Assembly: GCA_040285855.1 (NCBI GenBank)
Contig: JAUFOQ010000010.1
Span: 1,054,001-1,118,000, forward strand
Length of the DNA: 64,000 nucleotides
Reading direction: 5' to 3'
Source of the DNA: Eukaryota sp. GEM-RC1
Lineage: Eukaryota
The notes under the pieces are model-generated. The model worked only from the letters and a program-made list of their open reading frames with translations, made no database searches and was not told where the DNA came from. Within the stretch, counting starts at the first letter, position 1. Each line of letters begins with the position of its first letter. Positions 52,080-64,000 of this stretch are shown here, one piece after another. The translations under genes and the position numbers were made by a program.

Positions 52080-52770
52080 CTAAAATCAATTTTGATTGCA
52101 AGATACTAATCAAACAATAACCTGTCCTTTGAGATTTATTTGCGTACTGTGTTCATTTCTTGATCAATAGTAACATTTCCAACAGTGATCTTAGTAATGA
52201 AAAAATTTTCATTAAAAGCTGTGGCTAAAGTCGTGATTCCTTTAATGGTAAACGTATTGTCACTAAGATTGATCTTCTTAATTATAGTGTTGGCTTTCAT
52301 TAGGTTCACTAGTTGACTCACACTCGAATCACCTAAAGCGTTGTGACTGAAATTGAGCTCCAAAATGCTAGAATTGAAAGATAGTGCAGCTATGATTATC
52401 TGGAAATCGTTATCACACAGACGACATTCACTGAAGTCATCAAAAGTCAAGGAAGTATCGACCTGGATTAAATCACAAAGAGCAATCAATACGTCATCAA
52501 TAAATCTACAATTTCTGCATTTGAACTCTTTGATACCAATACAATCAATTAAAAGCGGGACAAACACAACATCATTGGTCGTCAAACTCCAACGAATTGT
52601 TTTTTAAGCCAAGATGTTGCATTGCTATCGCTAAAACGATATCAGGCTGATTTAAACCACGGCAATAAAGCCTTTTAATAGGAACATTTGAATTGACCAG
52701 ATTTGAAAGGGAATTCAGATCTGACTGATTGTATCTATCATGTATTTGAGTCACTTTCATCAACTGGAAG
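52080..52770 (-). pseudogene. LRR protein fragment (second, more divergent subfamily)
   Basis: ALSFNSSILELNFSHNALGDSSV..LMKANTIIKKINLSDNTFTIKG; frameshifted and cut at ~52777 by a TAGGGCTG hAT-like end with AAATAC repeats. Confidence 0.7.
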
Positions 52771-53278
52771 GAATTTTAGGGCTGATAAATAAAATACAAA
52801 GAATACAAATACAAATACAAATACAAATACACTTTTCCAGAAAAAAATACAATACATAATACAGAAAAAATACACAGTACAAAAAAAAACTGTATTTTAT
52901 ATTTTACAACTATGAATGAAAGTGTTAAAACAAGTGACTAATACTTCTGATCACTGACTTCATTAAAGACCACTACAAAATAGACGCATTTAGTTGACCA
53001 TACAGAGAACAGATTATTATTCATATCTTGCTGGTAAGAGACGAATCAGAATCAGAACAAAAATTACATCAAGTGATTCCGACCACGTGATGGAAATAGT
53101 TTCCAATTTCTTGAGTAATGTGTATTTGGAGGTAAGAGCCATTTTGGATATTTTTCCCATTTCTTCTATTGACTGTTTCATCTCAATTTTATACAAAAGC
53201 CGTACTACTATAGCACTTGAAGTTTGAAACCCTTTATTAACAAGTTGGTTGTTTTTCTGAGATTTCTGTACTAGTTAG

Positions 53279-53759
53279 CAGTGTTTGAAAACCACCCGGG
53301 TGGAAATGAAAACCACCCGGGTGCCACCAGTGCCACCCACCACCCGGGTGGTGTCTGGGTGGTACTGGGTGGATAATTTTGGTCTTACCATCATCTTCAA
53401 TCCATGACTTCCTGAATACATACTTCGTTGTTCAACGTGTCCTGAATACAATTATTTTAACGGGAGTTATTTCTAGGCTCGGAGAGGCTAATATCATCTT
53501 ATTTATTTATTTTTCAGAGGGTTTTTCTAATCCCAAACCTAAACAAAGTACTTCATTGTTAGTTATTTTATATCACACACTGCTAAAGTACTTTCAGTTT
53601 CATCGTATATGGTGTATAAAGTAGTTTTTGAACCAAAACTTATGTCTCGTACTTTATTGCCACCCGGTGACCACCCGGGTGGAAATGAAAACCACCCGGA
53701 CGCCACCCGGTTCCACCCACCACCCGGGTGGCGTCCGGGTGGAAAATTTTCGAACACTG
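53279..53759. mobile_element. hAT-type MITE (481 bp)
   Basis: TIR CAGTGTT(T/C)GAAAA; perfect 8-bp TSD CTAGTTAG (53271-53278 and 53760-53767); CCACCCGGGTGG subterminal repeats. Confidence 0.95.
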
Positions 53760-53793
53760 CTAGTTAGGTAGATTTTGCATCACCTCAACTAAA

Positions 53794-55575
53794 ATGTCTC
53801 ATTCTGAACTTCCACAGAACAGTAGCCGCTCTTTAGATGATACTTTTTCAGTATTTGACGTTGTAGGGTGTCATGCCACTTCCTCTTCCATTATCTCCTC
53901 TTCCAATCATAGCTCTGATTCACCGTCCTCCACACGCTTCTCTTATTCTCCCCCTTCCAATAACTTGCATTTCCAACAATCATTGCTTGTTTTGATTCAT
54001 CTTCACTATCTTGGTGAGTTGTTGAAGTCTGCTCTCGAATGGGTACATTATCAATATCATCGTCCGCTTCATTGTTTGATGGAACATTTGCCCACATTCT
54101 TTAAGAAAGTTGGCTATGTAAGCCATCATTTCTTCGATTCCGCTCTTTTAACAGTCAACGTGTTCTTTGGAAGCAAACACGATTCATATAACACCTGAAG
54201 ACCTTCCTCAACTCTGTTCATTTGCTTCTTTCTTTGGAGCAGATATACAGTCTGTTTTCTTACACGTAGACGGGACCTTTAATGTTGAAGAACATCTTTG
54301 TTTTTCTCCTATAATATCAGGATTGGAATTGGAATTAAGGTATCAAAATGACTTGGACTTTCTCAACAAGTCTTCCTTGTTCTTCCCCCGTCTTAAAGAA
54401 CTTCATGTTCGTCTTCATTGTACCTCTACGATTTCCTTACCGTTCATTGAATTGTTGAAAGTTAAACAGACAATTACAAGTATTGATCTATGTGGAAACA
54501 CTATTGGAGTTGAAGGTGCTAGAGCTTTGACAGAAGCGATAAAAGTTTATGATGGAGTTTCAAATATCAATATATGTAGAAACCTTATTGGAGATGAAGG
54601 TGCCAGAGCTTTGGCCGATCTGCTAACAGTTAGTACTACAATTACAAGTATTGATCTGGGGTATAACTCTATTGGAGCTGCAGGTGCTAGAGCTTTGGCA
54701 GATGCGTTAAAGGTTAATGTTACTGTTACAAGTCTTAGTCTATGGAACAACTCTATTGGAGCTGCAGGTGCTAGAGCTTTGGCAGAGGCGTTAAAGGTTA
54801 ACACTACTGTTACAAGTATTGATCTGAACGACAACTCTTTTGGAGCTGCAGGAGCTAGAGCTTTGGCAGAGGCGTTAAAGGTTAACACTACTGTTACAAG
54901 TATTGATCTGAACGACAACTCTTTTGGAGCTGCAGGAGCTAGAGCTTTGGCAGAGGCGTTAAAGGTTAACACTACTGTTACAAGTATTGATCTGAACGAC
55001 AACTCTTTTGGAGCTGAAGGTGCTAGAGCTTTGGCAGATGCGTTAAAGGTTAATGTTACTGTTACAAGTCTTAGTCTATGGAACAACTCTATTGGAGCTG
55101 AAGGTGCTAGAGCTTTTGCAGATGCGTTAAAAGTCAATACTACTGTTACAAGTATTAATTTGGGGTACAATTCTATTGAAGCTGAAGGCGGTAGAGCATT
55201 GGCAATTGCTTTAAAAGTCAATACTACTGTTACAAGTGTTAATCTGTGGAACAACTCCATTGGAGATGAAGGTGCTAGAGCATTGGCAATTGCTTTAAAA
55301 GTCAATACTACTGTTACAAGTGTTAATCTGTGGAACAACTCCATTGGAGATGAAGGTGCTAGAGCATTGGCAATTGCTTTAAAAGTCAATACTACTGTTA
55401 CAAGTGTTGATCTGCAAAACAACTCCATTGGAGATGAAGGTGCTAGAGCATTGGCAATTGCTTTAAAAGTCAATACTACTGTTACAAGTATTAATCTCCA
55501 AAACAACTCCATTGGAGATGAAAGTGCTAGAGCATTGGCAATTGCTTTAAAAGTTAACAATTCGGTTATAAGCAT
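53794..55575 (+). pseudogene. RI-type LRR protein with ~13 repeats; frameshift ~54168 and 3' truncation by an insertion
   Basis: ORFs 53794-54198 and 54167-55675 match the 18978 paralog; homology breaks after KVNNSVIS, where GTATTT-rich TE-like sequence begins. Confidence 0.85.
54680..55560 (+). repeat. 84-bp coding tandem repeats (LRR units), several near-identical
   Basis: Three near-identical IDLNDNSFG units (~54790-55040) and two identical VNLWNNSIG units, followed by two QNN variants. Confidence 0.95.
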
Positions 55576-56025
55576 CCCTGGAAAAAACACTTTTCTTTAT
55601 ATTCTGTATTTTTGCATTTTCTGTATTTTTGTATTTGTATTTGTTATTATTATTTCTACAAAGACTCCATTTTGAATGATTCAAATGGTCATCTGGAAAA
55701 GGCTGAACAGCGAAAGTGTTCAAATAATAAACAATTGGTTTGAAGATGCTTAATGAAAATTTATATTCTAAGTTTCCATTTGTTCCATTTACAATTTCAG
55801 TTTTTGGTAATATTGGTCAAACAGGTTTAAAATTTTACAGCGATTTTAGTCTTTTACGTCGTTATAATGGCAAGATTTTTAATGTTTATGTGTAGTTTAA
55901 TCGAATTATGTTTGCTCTTTATAGAAGCATTCCCAAGTGTTTAAGTTCCATTTATTCGAAGTTGTATAGGGATAATTCTCGTGTTGATGTGGAGAATTTA
56001 ACTTCTTTCATTTTCTGAATAAGTA

Positions 56026-58043
56026 CTCTAATTTACCTAATACTAGACCCAAAAAACCCTTACTAGCCTACCTCTTCGTGGCTAGTAATAGGTAAGGGCT
56101 AGTAACGGAGGGGCTTGTATTATGTAAGGGCTAGTAATTAACTTGAGGTCAACAATCAACAATAAACAAGAGAACTTTATACTATACTATATAAGAGCTT
56201 TAATACTTTAATACTTCATAGCACTAAATCAAGCACTAAATCAACCCCATATTCATCTTCATCTGAAACGTCTACAGGCTCATCTTCTTCTGATGACTCA
56301 TCATTCGAGAAAACCATCTGTTGTCCTTCTTCCCATTCGTTGAAGGCTATATGAAAGCTTTCTTGAAACAACTGATTACGTGCAAAGAAGCTGTGAAGAG
56401 GATGGCAAAGGACAGTGGATTCGAAAGAATGTCTAACCAAATCCTCGTCAACATCTCTCCAAGCAGAATCCATCATCTGACCGAGTTTCAAATCAGTTGG
56501 TCGTTTCAAGGTTTGGTTTCTTGTCCTTGGACAGCTAGGATTCCGAAAATGCTGAGAAACAAGTTTTCTAAAGTTAGTCTTGAAAGGCTTAAACCAGCTG
56601 ACATCAGCAGGCTGACAATAAGGAGTCAAATGTCCTGGTATCAAAACACACTTCAAGTTCCTACGGGAACTGAGATATTCCTGCACCCTTTTGGACTTGT
56701 GGCAAGGTGCTAAGTCAACATCAAAATAAAATTGTGACGTTCGTACCGTGGAAACAAAAAGTCCAGTAACAAAATGAACAACTCAGAATTCATCCAACTT
56801 CTCCTAGAAACCGTGGTCATCACAATATGTGATCGGTCTAATGAAAAGTCAATTGAATTAACTTCACCATGAATCAATAAAATTGGAGGATGTTTAACAC
56901 CTGTGGCTGAGGCACAAAATATCCCAGTTAATCTGAACTTTTCATGAACTTGACCTCTTACTGCAACAACGCTTGTATTGACAGCCTCATATGTATGTTT
57001 GGTGTTTTCCTCAACGAAGACTGCAGTTTCGTCAAGATTGTAAATTCTTTCTTTATTTACAGGATAGTCTTCGATTGTTAAAGCATCGTTGAGATTTTTG
57101 AAGAAAAAATAGCTCTTTGGATAGTTTCATCGGTGGACAAAACAAGCTTATGATTGACCACTCGACGCACATATCCATTTCGCTTTAAGAGGTAATGGTC
57201 CATCCTAGGTGTAAACTCAGATTCATCGGAAGATCTAATTTCATTCGCTTTTTCACACACAGAAATAATAGTGACAGGAAGATTGTCATCACGGGTTTGT
57301 CGTACCCACGCAAGTAATATTTCTTCTAACTCCTTATTGTACGGTCGGCCACCGCCAGGAAGTCTGACACCTTTCTTGTGATAAAGAAGATGAGTTTCTT
57401 GTTGGATGTATCTGTTAAGCGATCTTAATGAGACATTCATTTGTTTAGCAAAGGTTTTTTTAGCAATGGATCCGGAGTTTTTGAAGGACGAAACAATCTC
57501 TAACTTCTTGTCAATGGGACGAGAGATTCTGGTTCTGGAAATGGGCATCTTACCGCGACACTTTTCTGCTGCCTGAGGAGATTCGAAGACGGTGTAGCCC
57601 ACTTCAATGAGTGAGTTGAAGAGGTTAAGACAGAGAATGGCTTTTTTCCCAGTTCTACATGTGGGTTTTTGTAAGAAAGGTTGAAGCGCGGATAAAAGTT
57701 CAGTAAGCTGAGTCCTTTTACAGTAAGCGATCCGCTTTGGTGACCTAAAAATTTGGTTGACATCTGTGTCCATTGAAAGTAATGGAGCAACAGCTCTGAC
57801 TTTGGTCTCGAAAAGTTGATGAGAGAAGGCTACGGACATGTTAGATCCGTTACTCATGTTAGCAATAGAAAGAAGAGAGAAAATTTGATTCTACACTACG
57901 TGTAGTAGTCTGGAACTGACTTTAGCAAAAAAACTATCATAACAAGGTGGGCTAGTATTATGTATTTTACTAGCCTACCTCTTCGTGCCTAGAAATAGGT
58001 ACGGGCTAGTAATAGGTACGGGCCAGTATTAGGTTAACTAGAG
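56026..58043 (-). mobile_element. full-length pogo-like transposon (frameshifted transposase)
   Basis: TIRs CTCTA(A/G)TT(T/A)ACCTAATACT flanked by TA on both sides; GGGCTAGTAA subterminal repeats; GGGRP..LEEILLAWV, IYNLDETAVF, DLAPCH and IPGHLTPYCQPAD. Confidence 0.9.
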
Positions 58044-58579
58044 TATCTTTTAATGTATTGTTGCAAATAAACTCTTGTATTTTATTCTGCATTAAAATAC
58101 TGTATTTTTTGACGACACTTTTTTATACTTCCTAATGGGAAGTTCCCATCAGCAACAGTACCTATTCTGGATGTAGTTCTTCCATCTAAACGATTGTTAT
58201 CAATAGGATTTATTAAAGTTAATAGAAACTCGATAGTAACTGATAGATTGCATTACACATATATTAGCAATACCAGTGAAGTGTTGCCACATTACATAAA
58301 ACAATGGAATTCTGTGTCTGGAAACAAAACAGATAACAATACCAACAGACTGTGGATGAGGACGAGGAAGAATTGGACTAGGAGGAAGAATTTCTTCTCA
58401 TGCTTCTGAAAAGAACTCTACGCATAAAGAAAAGCACAATTTAGTCTGAAAAGCATTGTCAAACACTAATGAATTATAGTTTAAGTTAAGTGTTTATACA
58501 AATCAGATCTAATAAGTTGATCATGGAACATTATGAATCTTTATATATATTCACTTTTTTTTGAAAGTACAGATGATAC

Positions 58580-58800
58580 AACAACATTTCCTGTTAACGT
58601 TTCATGTTAATACTAAAAATTTGCATCAACTCTCTTCGAGTGCTGCTTTCTTTGAAGGATCCAAAGTCTATTTTCATGTACATCGAATGCATTGTTAAAG
58701 CTGAATTTTCTTTGAATATTCTCATTTAATTTCAGGATTGGAATCGAATTTACGACATCACAATGACTTGGAGTTTCTCAACAAATTCCTGTTATCTCTC
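58580..58800 (+). pseudogene. fragment of the LRR-family N-terminal domain
   Basis: CAACTCTCTTCG..GTCTATTTT..ATTTCAGGATTGGAA..AATGACTTGGAGTTTCTCAACAA matches 19400-19570 and 54200-54370. Confidence 0.7.
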
Positions 58801-58862
58801 CAAGTACTCCCGGAGACAGAGTTGTAAGTAACACTATTTCTTCTGTAGTTCAGCCAACATCG

Positions 58863-59774
58863 TTGCCTTCTCCGCATGATTCAGATTCTTCCTTGTTAGT
58901 TAGTAGCTTGTTAAATAAAGAAAACGTTGATCCTTCAGTTCCTCTGTCTAGAGAGGTTGACAAAAGCCTTAGGCAACTTCAAACAGTCCTAGCTCAGCAT
59001 AAGACCAGGGTAGAAGAAGCAAAACGACAGCTTCTGGAGCAACATCAAAAAACAGCCAATCTTTCCATGACTGAGAGAGCTCCAGCTGTAGAACAACAAA
59101 CTGGGTATGTGTCTAGACCTCATAGAGATGCAGTTTCCAACGATCTCATCCCGTTTGTAAGTCCGTACGATCAGAGTGTCTCCATTTCTGACTACAACTT
59201 GTGGCATCTTGCCAAATTTGCTCCCTGTCATCCGACTTTGCGTCATAAAATGCCTGCTGGAAGACATTACTTGCTGAAAAATGTTCCTCCAGGCACGTCT
59301 CCTCAAGCCATCAAACAGTTTTTGGGTGACTTGTATGATAGTAGAGCTGGTGATACTTATAGGTTTCCTTCCACTTACTCTTGGGATCCTAGACATGGTA
59401 TCATCATTGAACCTTTAGTCCAGATATTCAGTGCTGATGGTCAGTCAGTTTCATATGGATACTCCACTTGGTACTTACATTCGTTGAACAATAAACGTAA
59501 GTTACATCACAATGTTTCTGTAAGTACCGAATGGATCGCTACTGGTCATCAATATAGTCGTTTACCTGCGGCTACAAGAGTTCTCGATAGTTTGTCAACT
59601 TCACCGCAAGATGTTGACTGTGTCCATGTTCAAATCTTTTCTGGAATTAGTGGTTCCCAATTGTTACTCCTGTTGGCTTCTCAAGCTATGTGTGAAACAG
59701 CTACATTTGCTCCAAACCTTTCTGATTTAAATGGCCTAAATAGTGTTCAAGGATTCTTTCCTGGTGAAGTTTAG
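58863..59774 (+). CDS. uncharacterised protein (coiled coil plus possible RRM-like segment), convergent with a MULE transposase
   Basis: 303 open codons in AT-rich DNA; heptad-like LRQLQTVLAQHKTRVEEAKRQLLEQ; YLLKNVPPGTSPQAIKQFL; the start is uncertain, probably 5'-truncated. Confidence 0.6.
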   Translation: MPSPHDSDSSLLVSSLLNKENVDPSVPLSREVDKSLRQLQTVLAQHKTRVEEAKRQLLEQHQKTANLSMTERAPAVEQQTGYVSRPHRDAVSNDLIPFVSPYDQSVSISDYNLWHLAKFAPCHPTLRHKMPAGRHYLLKNVPPGTSPQAIKQFLGDLYDSRAGDTYRFPSTYSWDPRHGIIIEPLVQIFSADGQSVSYGYSTWYLHSLNNKRKLHHNVSVSTEWIATGHQYSRLPAATRVLDSLSTSPQDVDCVHVQIFSGISGSQLLLLLASQAMCETATFAPNLSDLNGLNSVQGFFPGEV

Positions 59775-59939
59775 AGACCTGGGCAGGTTGAAATATTTAC
59801 ACACGGTCTTAGAGAAGGTATTTCTAGAGAACGGTTAAGAGTGTGACAGAATTTGAATCTGAAATTTTAGATTTCTTATGAATGTGACAGAATTTGAACT
59901 CCCAACTTGAAGTTGTGAATATGAATAAAAACACTTTAT

Positions 59940-61925
59940 ATATATATAAAACTAGAATACAGATTATGGATGAAACTTCTTGTTGGCTTTGGTATGTCCA
60001 GAGAGACCGCCGATGCTGCACGTAAAGGGATTCTCTTAGTACAAGTAGTTCTCTTGGTATTGTTACGTGGAGGAGAATGTGAGAAAGATTGAGTTGCAGA
60101 CTCATCAGAGAGAGTCGAAGATGGATGTCCAGATTGTTGAATAACATCCGGCTTAGGATACTTATTCGGTGGTGTCTGGATGCCAGAGAGCATGATTTGT
60201 TCCAAACAAGAGCGAGTGGCATTATCTGCTGTTGTATACATTGAAGCCATTTGTTCAAGTGGGTTCAATAAAGCAGGAGCAGAGACATTTAACCACCATT
60301 CATGGTCGAAATCTTCCAATGTTAGAGCAGAGTCGTTGGAGATAAGTTCAACTAGTTCGTGTTTGCAAGGTAGTCCATTCACAGTTCTATTCCATTGGGA
60401 GCATTCAGGAATCCTTTGGTCTAAAGATTCAAGAGAGCATAGTAAGTCATTAAGAGCGAAAGAAGAAACTTTCCTTACAACATTCTGAAAAAAGTCATTG
60501 TTGACAAGTCGTCTATCAACTGCTGATTTATCATCAGCTACAGTTCTTTGTAATCTGCTAACTGCTGAAAAATGTACCCGTGTATTTGATGCATTGACCC
60601 CATAACATCCCTTGAGGTCATTCGAGAAGTTGCTTTCAGTGCATTGTGTGCACTTTTGGCTCTGCCGGTAGTTCTCGTATTGAAGTGCTTCAGTTTGTCG
60701 ACATGGCAATGCAAGAAGTTTTCGACACTTTCATAGTGTGATCAGTTAGATATTTCAGCACAGGAGCAAGTTGTTCATCAGCAGAAAATTTTCGATTCAT
60801 TTCTTCCCACATTGTTGCAGCTGTTTCTTCAGTGGATTCGTACACCATTCCGTCAAACATTTCGACAAATGTCTTCCATTTTGACTCTTCAACAGAACGT
60901 TTGTAGCCATTCAAGTTCTGTTTAATATGAAACCAGCAAAGTAGATGGTGGGCAGACGTATAGAGATCTCGGATGGCTTTTAAGAGGGCTTTGTCCTGAT
61001 CAGTAACTATAATGCTGGGAGTCACTGGGAAAACAATATAAAACATCATTAACGCTACTTTGTATGCAGCATTATTTTCATTTGTCATGAAAATATGTGC
61101 AACAACCAAAGTGCTGTTAGTACACGTCTTCACAGCTATGGTGAATAAAGGCATGTGAAATCTATTAGTTGAATATGTTGAATCCATTATCAACATACTA
61201 GCATACCTTTTGCCTAAAGAGATCGTTTCTTTATTCGAGATTAAGACACACAATGGGTCTTCGTTCACCTGAATAAAGTACCGATCACCATATTCGCGTG
61301 CAGCGCCCTCAATGCAGGAATCTTCACCAAGAAATTTTGCACATATAGTATCTTGGCGGTGATTCGTTACATCTTTCCGAGTGAGATTTGTGGGACCATC
61401 TAGCCTGTTAACATCCGCCAAAACACTTCTGACTGGATACATGGGATTTAAAGACTCGAGTATATTATGCTGGCTTGGAGACACAACACGGGGATGAAAG
61501 AGTGTGGAAGTCTCTTCCAACATCTCATGAGAATGGCCACTTACTCTAGGGTAAATAAGCCACTGGCCTTCAGATGTTCTAGTTACATAAACCTTCCAGG
61601 GACACTGTTATGTTCGTGTTTTTTGTGTTCTTATATTGTCACCTCGCTGTTTAAAAGTACCAAAGGCATGGCAAGTAAAATAACAGCGACCACGTTCTTC
61701 AGTTCCACCTTCGATTCTAATTGCAAACCCATGGTCGGCAGCATAAGTCTGCCAAGACAAGAAACAATCATCGAATGTGTTAAAAAGAAGCTGGTTTGGA
61801 TTTGTTGGAAAGGGAGTAACATGTAGGATGTTGGGTACCATAAATGTCTCTATGTCTGACTCTATGTCTGAAGATAGCCCATCTGAAGACGAAGAATTTA
61901 ACAATTTGGCTGATACTCCCATCAC
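59940..61925 (-). mobile_element. MULE transposase pseudogene (FAR1-like DNA-binding, MULE DDE and SWIM-like domains)
   Basis: YAADHGFAIR..FTC..CPWKV..HSH, MDSTYSTNRFHMPL, IVTDQDKAL..HLLCWFHI and GLPCKH; in-frame TAA at 61608 and frameshifts ~60720-60580. Confidence 0.9.
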
Positions 61926-62574
61926 TTTGTCTGGTGTCCCTCAAAGAAAAGAACGAACAAAAAAAAGTCCATTTGAAAGAAATCAAGACCCAACTGCCTC
62001 AAATCCGAGAGTCGCGAGGACATAATTAAGTTCATCCATGAATTTAGTTGTTGGACAATTCATGTACGGAAACAATCAAATCGTAAAGACTTTAACACTC
62101 GTTTAGGTATCGCTCCAATCAATACATTTGATCTCGTGTTAGCCACAGATGTTAGTAAAGTGTTACTAGTACGTATAATTTGATTTATAAACAATTTTTA
62201 CCTTCCCCTTTGCACCATTAGGTATTAATAATTATTATCCTCATGGTAAACAAGAGGAATCTTACTACAGCTGCTCCTAAGAAAGGAGTTACTAACCACA
62301 GACAGCCACGTAGATCTGTCAAAAGACCAGAGTATCGAAGAGCTCTGCCACCCCGATCGAAGTGCCTACTGAATCCTCAGTAGATGAAGAGGACTGTATG
62401 TCCGAAATCTCCTCACACGAGAGCTCATCTTTAAACGTTGATGGAAGTTCCTTGGCTTCTTCGGAAGTCGGCGGAACGACTGGTGTAAGACCCTTGGGCT
62501 CTACGGAGTCTGGCGGCAACTCGGCGTTTAACAGTAGTAGTAGATGGTCAGGGATTCGGAGTTCCAGGGACCCT

Positions 62575-62730
62575 TGTTACTATTGGTAGCGTGGTGATGT
62601 TGTGTGGACTCGTTGGATGTTTATCAGGATGTGTTATTCCTAACGTAGCTCCTTTTGTCCAGAAGAAGCTTGTTGAGAGGTTTAGTAATGACTATACTAA
62701 TCAAGTGTGTGACAGTCTGATATCTTCTCT
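62575..62730 (+). pseudogene. 3' fragment of a fourth APD1-like two-TM paralog
   Basis: VMLCGLVGCLSGCVIPNVAPFVQKKLVER matches IIGLVGCLVSCALPTVVPLIEKKLTER of 13082-13456. Confidence 0.7.
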
Positions 62731-63631
62731 TATTTGAACCGTTTTTAAATTTGTATAATTGTTTTGGTTTTTTGATGGACATATGATTGTGAAGATTCTA
62801 AGAGCAACTGAATTAACTGCGGAAGTTAGAACAAGCGATTGATTTCAATTATTTAATTTTTTAAATTTTGGGGAAGTGATCACGACCAATGACCTCACAT
62901 CAACCAAGCATGACCAGTCAAACAATCGTTTGTGGTTGAGCAAACGCAGTTACTCTTGAACTAGATTTAAGCAAATTCATAAACACTTCAACGTTTACAA
63001 AATAAGGTACATGACAACACGCAAGTTTTCCTATGAAATATTGTTCTCAGAAATTTATAAATGTAATGTACTATTTAATAGAGTTAGCATTGTTCAGATG
63101 CTTTCCAGAGTCTTTGAACCTCATCTTATATCATAAGCTTTAAGATTATGTGTCATCTTATAAATTGTCATCTAGATTTAGTAAATGTACTAGTATAACC
63201 AAAAAGTATGAAATTTAACCATTTAACTTTGATATTCAAACCCAAAAAACGTTGAGAAATTGGTACAAGGCACCCCGTACAAGTTCTTCTAGATGCTTTA
63301 GAGAAATTATGTATTTGAAATTCAAAATACATCACATGACAGTTCAAGTAATCACAGTAATTACAATTTACAAGTATTACTGTGAATTCTCCACAACCTC
63401 CATTAGAGACTATTGTTCATAACAACATTGGCGTTGCCAGTCATGAGAGTTAAGTTACGACGATGACTACAATCAATGTATAATCGACACGTAAACCATG
63501 GTGACTCCGAATCACTCTGACACCAATCAAATGATGACGTTAATCATACCTAAGTGAGCCATTCAACCCTTATCACGTGTTCTGTACTGATGACGTGACC
63601 TTCATCACGTGATCATTCAGAAGGTCAAAGT

Positions 63632-64000
63632 TCACTGACATACAATTCTCTCATCTCCAGTCTCGTCAACTTGGCTCTCGACAAATGTCTTATAATCTTC
63701 TAAAGACTGTGCCATTGCCTTTCTGATTTGAGAATACAACATTAGACAGAGGTATACACTGAAAAAGGTAGTTACTGAAACTAGGAAAGCAACAAGATTG
63801 TTAACAAAACTATACTCCTTGAAAGTAAACTCACAGAGGCTTTCCCTCCAGCAATGTCCAAATACTACTTTAACTGTGAGAGAAATTAGTCTACCAATAT
63901 GCTCAGAAATAAGAAACAGAGATATTACGACATTTAAAATATAATAAATTAAATAAATGTGAGTCAAACTGATTTCTTCAAGATTGACAGGGAATAAACG
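63632..64000 (-). CDS. 3' end of a membrane protein (partial, enters from right edge)
   Basis: The frame is open to the window edge; two hydrophobic helices are followed by a charged tail. Confidence 0.55.
   Translation of the reverse strand, partial: RLFPVNLEEISLTHIYLIYYILNVVISLFLISEHIGRLISLTVKVVFGHCWRESLCEFTFKEYSFVNNLVAFLVSVTTFFSVYLCLMLYSQIRKAMAQSLEDYKTFVESQVDETGDERIVCQ

Noticed and set aside
19745..55590. Long antisense ORFs over the LRR genes (19745-20503, 36408-36821, 54547-55590)
   Set aside because: They are shadows of repetitive sense-strand codons, with no independent coding signal.
55575..55675. C-terminal transmembrane anchor on the 502-aa LRR ORF
   Set aside because: The hydrophobic tail is read-through into GTATTT-rich inserted sequence; paralogs end differently.
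19653..61610. Stop-codon reassignment to explain in-frame TAA/TGA
   Set aside because: TAA, TAG and TGA all terminate intact genes here, and the internal stops align to different residues (Leu, Trp, Arg).
63480..63620. Cluster of CACGTG/TGACGT motifs as a promoter
   Set aside because: It lies at the 3' end of a gene with no adjacent start, and similar words are scattered through the window.

Overview
AT-rich eukaryotic (protist) genomic DNA. The first ~16 kb holds compact host genes: a TmcB-like multi-pass membrane protein, a WD40 protein, a vWA protein with a CaaX box, and three paralogous two-TM APD1-like proteins. Four 28-31 nt spliceosomal introns occur here, each with the branch point fixed right next to the 3' splice site (GTRYGT...TAAY-NNNAG). 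That architecture resembles metamonad introns, but the taxonomic assignment is an inference. The remaining ~48 kb is a nested transposon graveyard of hAT, pogo, MULE, Tc1/IS630 and LTR elements, with several MITEs that keep TIRs and TSDs. It is interleaved with an expanded family of 28-aa RI-type LRR genes. The most novel-looking signals are: (i) a DD34E Tc1/IS630-type transposase paired tail-to-tail with a conserved unknown ORF, seen in two diverged copies; (ii) a gag-only mini LTR element with 76-bp LTRs; (iii) shuffled 84-bp LRR cassettes that vary mainly at a two-residue site, with independent hAT MITEs ~30 bp upstream of two paralogs; (iv) the mini-intron architecture. Many frameshifts fall in homopolymers and may be assembly errors.
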